27,810 nucleotides of DNA, taken from positions 1 through 27,810 of the IMG/VR virus record IMGVR_UViG_3300017700_000395, one strand, 5' to 3'. The position numbers were made by a program, and so were the translations under genes. This DNA is from a virus (taxonomy: Duplodnaviria > Caudoviricetes). Positions 25,575-27,810 of the stretch are shown here, piece by piece (position 1 is the first letter of the stretch; every line of letters starts with the position of its first letter). The notes beneath the pieces were generated by a model that saw only the letters and a program-made list of their open reading frames with translations, ran no database searches and was not told where the DNA came from.

Positions 25575-25921
25575 TGTTCGGCCTCGACAAGACCGCTACC
25601 CGCGTCGTCCAGATCGGCGCTATCGTCGTCGTCCTATGCTTTGCGCTGGCCATCCTGACCATGTGCAATGCCCGAAAAGACGCCGCTACAGCCAATGCGA
25701 AGGCTCGGGAGGCTACGGCGCAAGCAAATGCCGGTTCTGCCGCTGTGCGGGCCACTGAGGGGCGTTACGAGCGGGATGCGGCTACGGACGCACAAACCAA
25801 GTCCAACGCGGACTTTATTGAAGGGGCGGATAATGCCAAGGAATCTGCCGGTGAGGCTGGCCTTCGGGGCCGTGCTGCTTACTGTCGCCGGATGCGGAAC
25901 AACGATCCAATCTGCGCTTGA
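25571..25921 (+). CDS. Inner-membrane spanin (Rz-like)
   Basis: One N-terminal TM then an Ala-rich periplasmic helix with Cys residues; follows the endolysin. Confidence 0.75.
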   Translation: MMFGLDKTATRVVQIGAIVVVLCFALAILTMCNARKDAATANAKAREATAQANAGSAAVRATEGRYERDAATDAQTKSNADFIEGADNAKESAGEAGLRGRAAYCRRMRNNDPICA

Positions 25922-26138
25922 TTGTTCCAAGCTGATCGGCCCGTCGCTTCGCACAGACGTAGCGGTAACGCCGCCTCCCGAAGAGAACCTTATTGGCTCT
26001 TGGGTCTCGGTTGCAGACGCCCGCCATGGCGACACGGACAAGGCGAACAACCGAGCTAACACCGTGATTGAGATTTGCGACGCGGTCGGGGTTGAGAATC
26101 AGAGGCTTACCCGTCGTCGGATATTTGGTCTGTTCTAA
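25833..26138 (+). CDS. Outer-membrane lipoprotein spanin (Rz1-like), overlapping the i-spanin 3' end
   Basis: AAGGGG upstream of ATG 25833; signal peptide MPRNLPVRLAFGAVLLTVAG|C with lipobox; PPP segment. Confidence 0.75.
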   Translation: MPRNLPVRLAFGAVLLTVAGCGTTIQSALDCSKLIGPSLRTDVAVTPPPEENLIGSWVSVADARHGDTDKANNRANTVIEICDAVGVENQRLTRRRIFGLF

Positions 26139-26212
26139 CGCTCCCTATCCAGAACGATAAGGATTTGACAGACGACAGCGACGGCGAGGAAAAAGACGAA
26201 CAAGGCTAGCAT
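26135..26212 (-). CDS. 25-aa single-transmembrane micro-protein (MLALFVFFLAVAVVCQILIVLDRER)
   Basis: GGAGG plus 7 nt before ATG 26212; overlaps the upstream stop; its TAG overlaps the o-spanin TAA. Confidence 0.6.
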   Translation of the reverse strand: MLALFVFFLAVAVVCQILIVLDRER

Positions 26213-26778
26213 CCCCCGGCCTCCGTATGCTGAAGGGCTGCGAGGATGGCGTCCAAGGCCTCAAACTCCGACGCGCAGATCGGTACATAGTTCAGGCTGG
26301 AGTGCAGCGGCCTCGGTGTTTCCTTCGCCATCGCAAGCCATTCGGTGACGATCTCGACCGTCTCCCGCAGTTCCTGTCCGGGATTAGGGTGCACTACGCC
26401 GCTTTGCGGCTTCGTCCCTACCTGTTCATCGGTGCGGACGGTGTCAGGTGCGGCTTCTCCCCCTTGTGTGGGGATGACTGCGAGGGCTTCCTGCTCGTAA
26501 CCGGGCGGCGGCGAGACAGGCGGAAACTCTCGGTTGCCGTCGAACTGCCAGAGCGGCTCCCCGATCTTGCGCCACCGCCAAGCCACAGCCTCCATAGGGG
26601 CTGCGCGGCGGTTCCATGCGGCGTTGTTCATGACGATGGTGTTGTGAATGTCTTTGCCGTTCACGATGCCGCGACATTGCGCTGAGAACGCGCCTACTCG
26701 TTCGGGAACGCCTCCACAGAACGGACACCCCGCCAGTTCGTGCGTGATGGAGAAGCCGTCTTCCTTGGGGTGGGTCAT
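26206..26778 (-). CDS. Hypothetical accessory protein with N-terminal Lar-like (CPFCG...WNRR) domain
   Basis: Likely start MTHPK at 26778 (ATGA overlap); L.GCPFCGG...C...AAWNRRA, then AVAWRWR. Confidence 0.7.
   Translation of the reverse strand: MTHPKEDGFSITHELAGCPFCGGVPERVGAFSAQCRGIVNGKDIHNTIVMNNAAWNRRAAPMEAVAWRWRKIGEPLWQFDGNREFPPVSPPPGYEQEALAVIPTQGGEAAPDTVRTDEQVGTKPQSGVVHPNPGQELRETVEIVTEWLAMAKETPRPLHSSLNYVPICASEFEALDAILAALQHTEAGGC
26388..26425 (-). repeat. Conserved hairpin element, copy 3, with extended stem
   Basis: Minus strand ACAGGTAGGGACGAAGCCGCAAAGCGGCGTAGTGCACC: same GGTRGG...GTGCACC ends with a longer central stem. Confidence 0.6.
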
Positions 26779-27158
26779 GCTGGGTTTTCCTCTGAACAAA
26801 ACTCGCAAAGGCCGTTCGCCAGATCGCCCTTGTAGAACTCGCCGTTGCAGCCCTCGCATTCGAGGAAGTCGGGGTTCACAATCGGCTTACGCGGGACAAC
26901 GGTTTGGTTGCCCCAGTTTCCACCCTGATGGCGCACTGTGAAGCCGCCGCGCCGGATGCCCGCAGAAACGGCCATGCGGCACCCCGGAGGCCCGCCGTTG
27001 GACTGACAGCGATGCGAGCGAGGGTCCGGGTAAAGGGCCTGCTCTAGCGCGCTCAAATCCATAGGCCCGCCGTGCGCCTGAAGGGCGTCGTCAATGCGGT
27101 CGGGAAGGTTTTTGGTCTGGCGCGTCTTGGCGCTCGGAAGCCACGGCCTGCGAGCCAT
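26775..27158 (-). CDS. Hypothetical protein with C-terminal CxxC...CxxC
   Basis: GGGGAGG RBS; ECEGC...LCEFC at the C-terminus; coupled at both ends. Confidence 0.7.
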   Translation of the reverse strand: MARRPWLPSAKTRQTKNLPDRIDDALQAHGGPMDLSALEQALYPDPRSHRCQSNGGPPGCRMAVSAGIRRGGFTVRHQGGNWGNQTVVPRKPIVNPDFLECEGCNGEFYKGDLANGLCEFCSEENPA

Positions 27159-27371
27159 CTAGCCCTCCCCGGTCTTCACGGGAGGGGTGGTGGGTGCATT
27201 CGCTTCGCTCATACCTACCGAGTTTGCGGTGGTAATCCTGTAAGACAGGGGGAGCCGGTAGCTAACAAACCCAGCATGACAGCAGCGGTCAAAACGCTGA
27301 ACCATCTTGCGCTTCAGAAGCATCATTTTCAGGCTTGGGAGGATCGCTTCAACCCGTGCAACCATACTCAT
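27159..27371 (-). CDS. Hypothetical 70-aa protein containing hairpin copy 2
   Basis: Start MSMVARV at 27371 (ATGA overlap with the upstream stop, GAAGGGG RBS). Confidence 0.55.
   Translation of the reverse strand: MSMVARVEAILPSLKMMLLKRKMVQRFDRCCHAGFVSYRLPLSYRITTANSVGMSEANAPTTPPVKTGEG
27193..27223 (-). repeat. Conserved hairpin element, copy 2
   Basis: Minus strand ACTCGGTAGGTATGAGCGAAGCGAATGCACC versus copy 1 ACTCGGTGGGTACGGAGCGAAGCGAAGTGAACC. Confidence 0.75.
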
Positions 27372-27808
27372 GACCCCTTCTCCGTCTGAGGGAGGATGCG
27401 GTAGGCTGTGATCGGGTCGCTGATGTCGTTCCAGTCCCAATCGAGATCATCCGACAGTCGGTCGTCATGCTCTTCGCCGTTCCAGATTGCCGACACGATC
27501 TGACCGGGCGCGGGGTTCGGCCCTCCATGCCAAATCGTCCAGCCGCCCGCTCCTTCATTGCTAGAACAGCCGTCAGCGGGTTGCCCGATAATCCCCGTGA
27601 TTAGGCCAGCGGCTTCATTGGCCAGTTTGGCGCACTCGCCTTCTTCGTCATGCGACGGCTCGGGCGGGTTGCCGGTCCAGACAAGGCGGGAGTCGGCCTC
27701 CCAAATCTGGCGCAGCAGGTCTCGGACCTTGGCCAACTTATCCGCCAGTCCATCCGCATCACAGGTGGGTACGGCCTCTTGGGGCCGTGAACCATTATCT
27801 ATAGAGAC
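27368..27808 (-). CDS. Hypothetical accessory protein, 5' end beyond the window
   Basis: The frame stays open upstream of TTG 27736 to the window edge; C-terminal WTIWHGGPNP...DW......I.AYRI module. Confidence 0.7.
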   Translation of the reverse strand, partial: VSIDNGSRPQEAVPTCDADGLADKLAKVRDLLRQIWEADSRLVWTGNPPEPSHDEEGECAKLANEAAGLITGIIGQPADGCSSNEGAGGWTIWHGGPNPAPGQIVSAIWNGEEHDDRLSDDLDWDWNDISDPITAYRILPQTEKGS

Positions 27809-27810
27809 TG

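Noticed and set aside
556-25755. Many long minus-strand ORFs opposite the structural genes (e.g. 4058-4885, 6523-7503, 14715-15584)
   Set aside because: Antisense shadows of GC-rich coding sequence with no motifs; the plus strand is already tiled by coupled genes.
25668-25832. N-terminal extension of the o-spanin ORF
   Set aside because: The signal peptide and RBS point to ATG 25833.
26227-27389. Plus-strand ORFs at 26227-26685, 26648-26941 and 27072-27389
   Set aside because: Antisense to a coupled minus-strand gene chain that has RBSs and recognisable motifs.
1-27810. CRISPR array, tRNA, integrase/att site, reverse transcriptase or DGR, stop-codon reassignment
   Set aside because: None seen by eye. 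Genes are intact under the standard code and all three stop codons end genes. Prophage versus free phage cannot be decided from this window.

Overview
The window holds the late (morphogenesis and lysis) operon of a GC-rich, short-tailed, P22-like podophage or prophage. An alphaproteobacterial host is my impression from GC and codon style, not proven. Plus-strand order: TerS, TerL, portal, scaffold, major capsid, probable decoration protein, terminator, an accessory block, head-tail adaptor, tail nozzle, GNAT, three probable DNA-ejection proteins, tail fibre, tailspike, then a lysis cassette (holin-like proteins, GH24 endolysin, overlapping spanins). Small minus-strand accessory genes converge on it from the right. 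Main oddities: (1) a probable virion glycosylation cassette inside the head-tail genes (GT-A glycosyltransferase fused to a Maf/DUF115/Cst-like domain, plus an FkbM methyltransferase); (2) a conserved hairpin element in three copies within accessory ORFs on both flanks; (3) a ParB/Srx-like domain inserted in the largest ejection protein; (4) three free-standing HNH endonucleases, two next to apparently recoded 3' ends of the upstream gene; (5) a small protein plus 5-TM protein pair ahead of the lysis genes; (6) uncalled 25-26 aa micro-ORFs. All calls come from motifs and gene order read by eye; no database searches were run.
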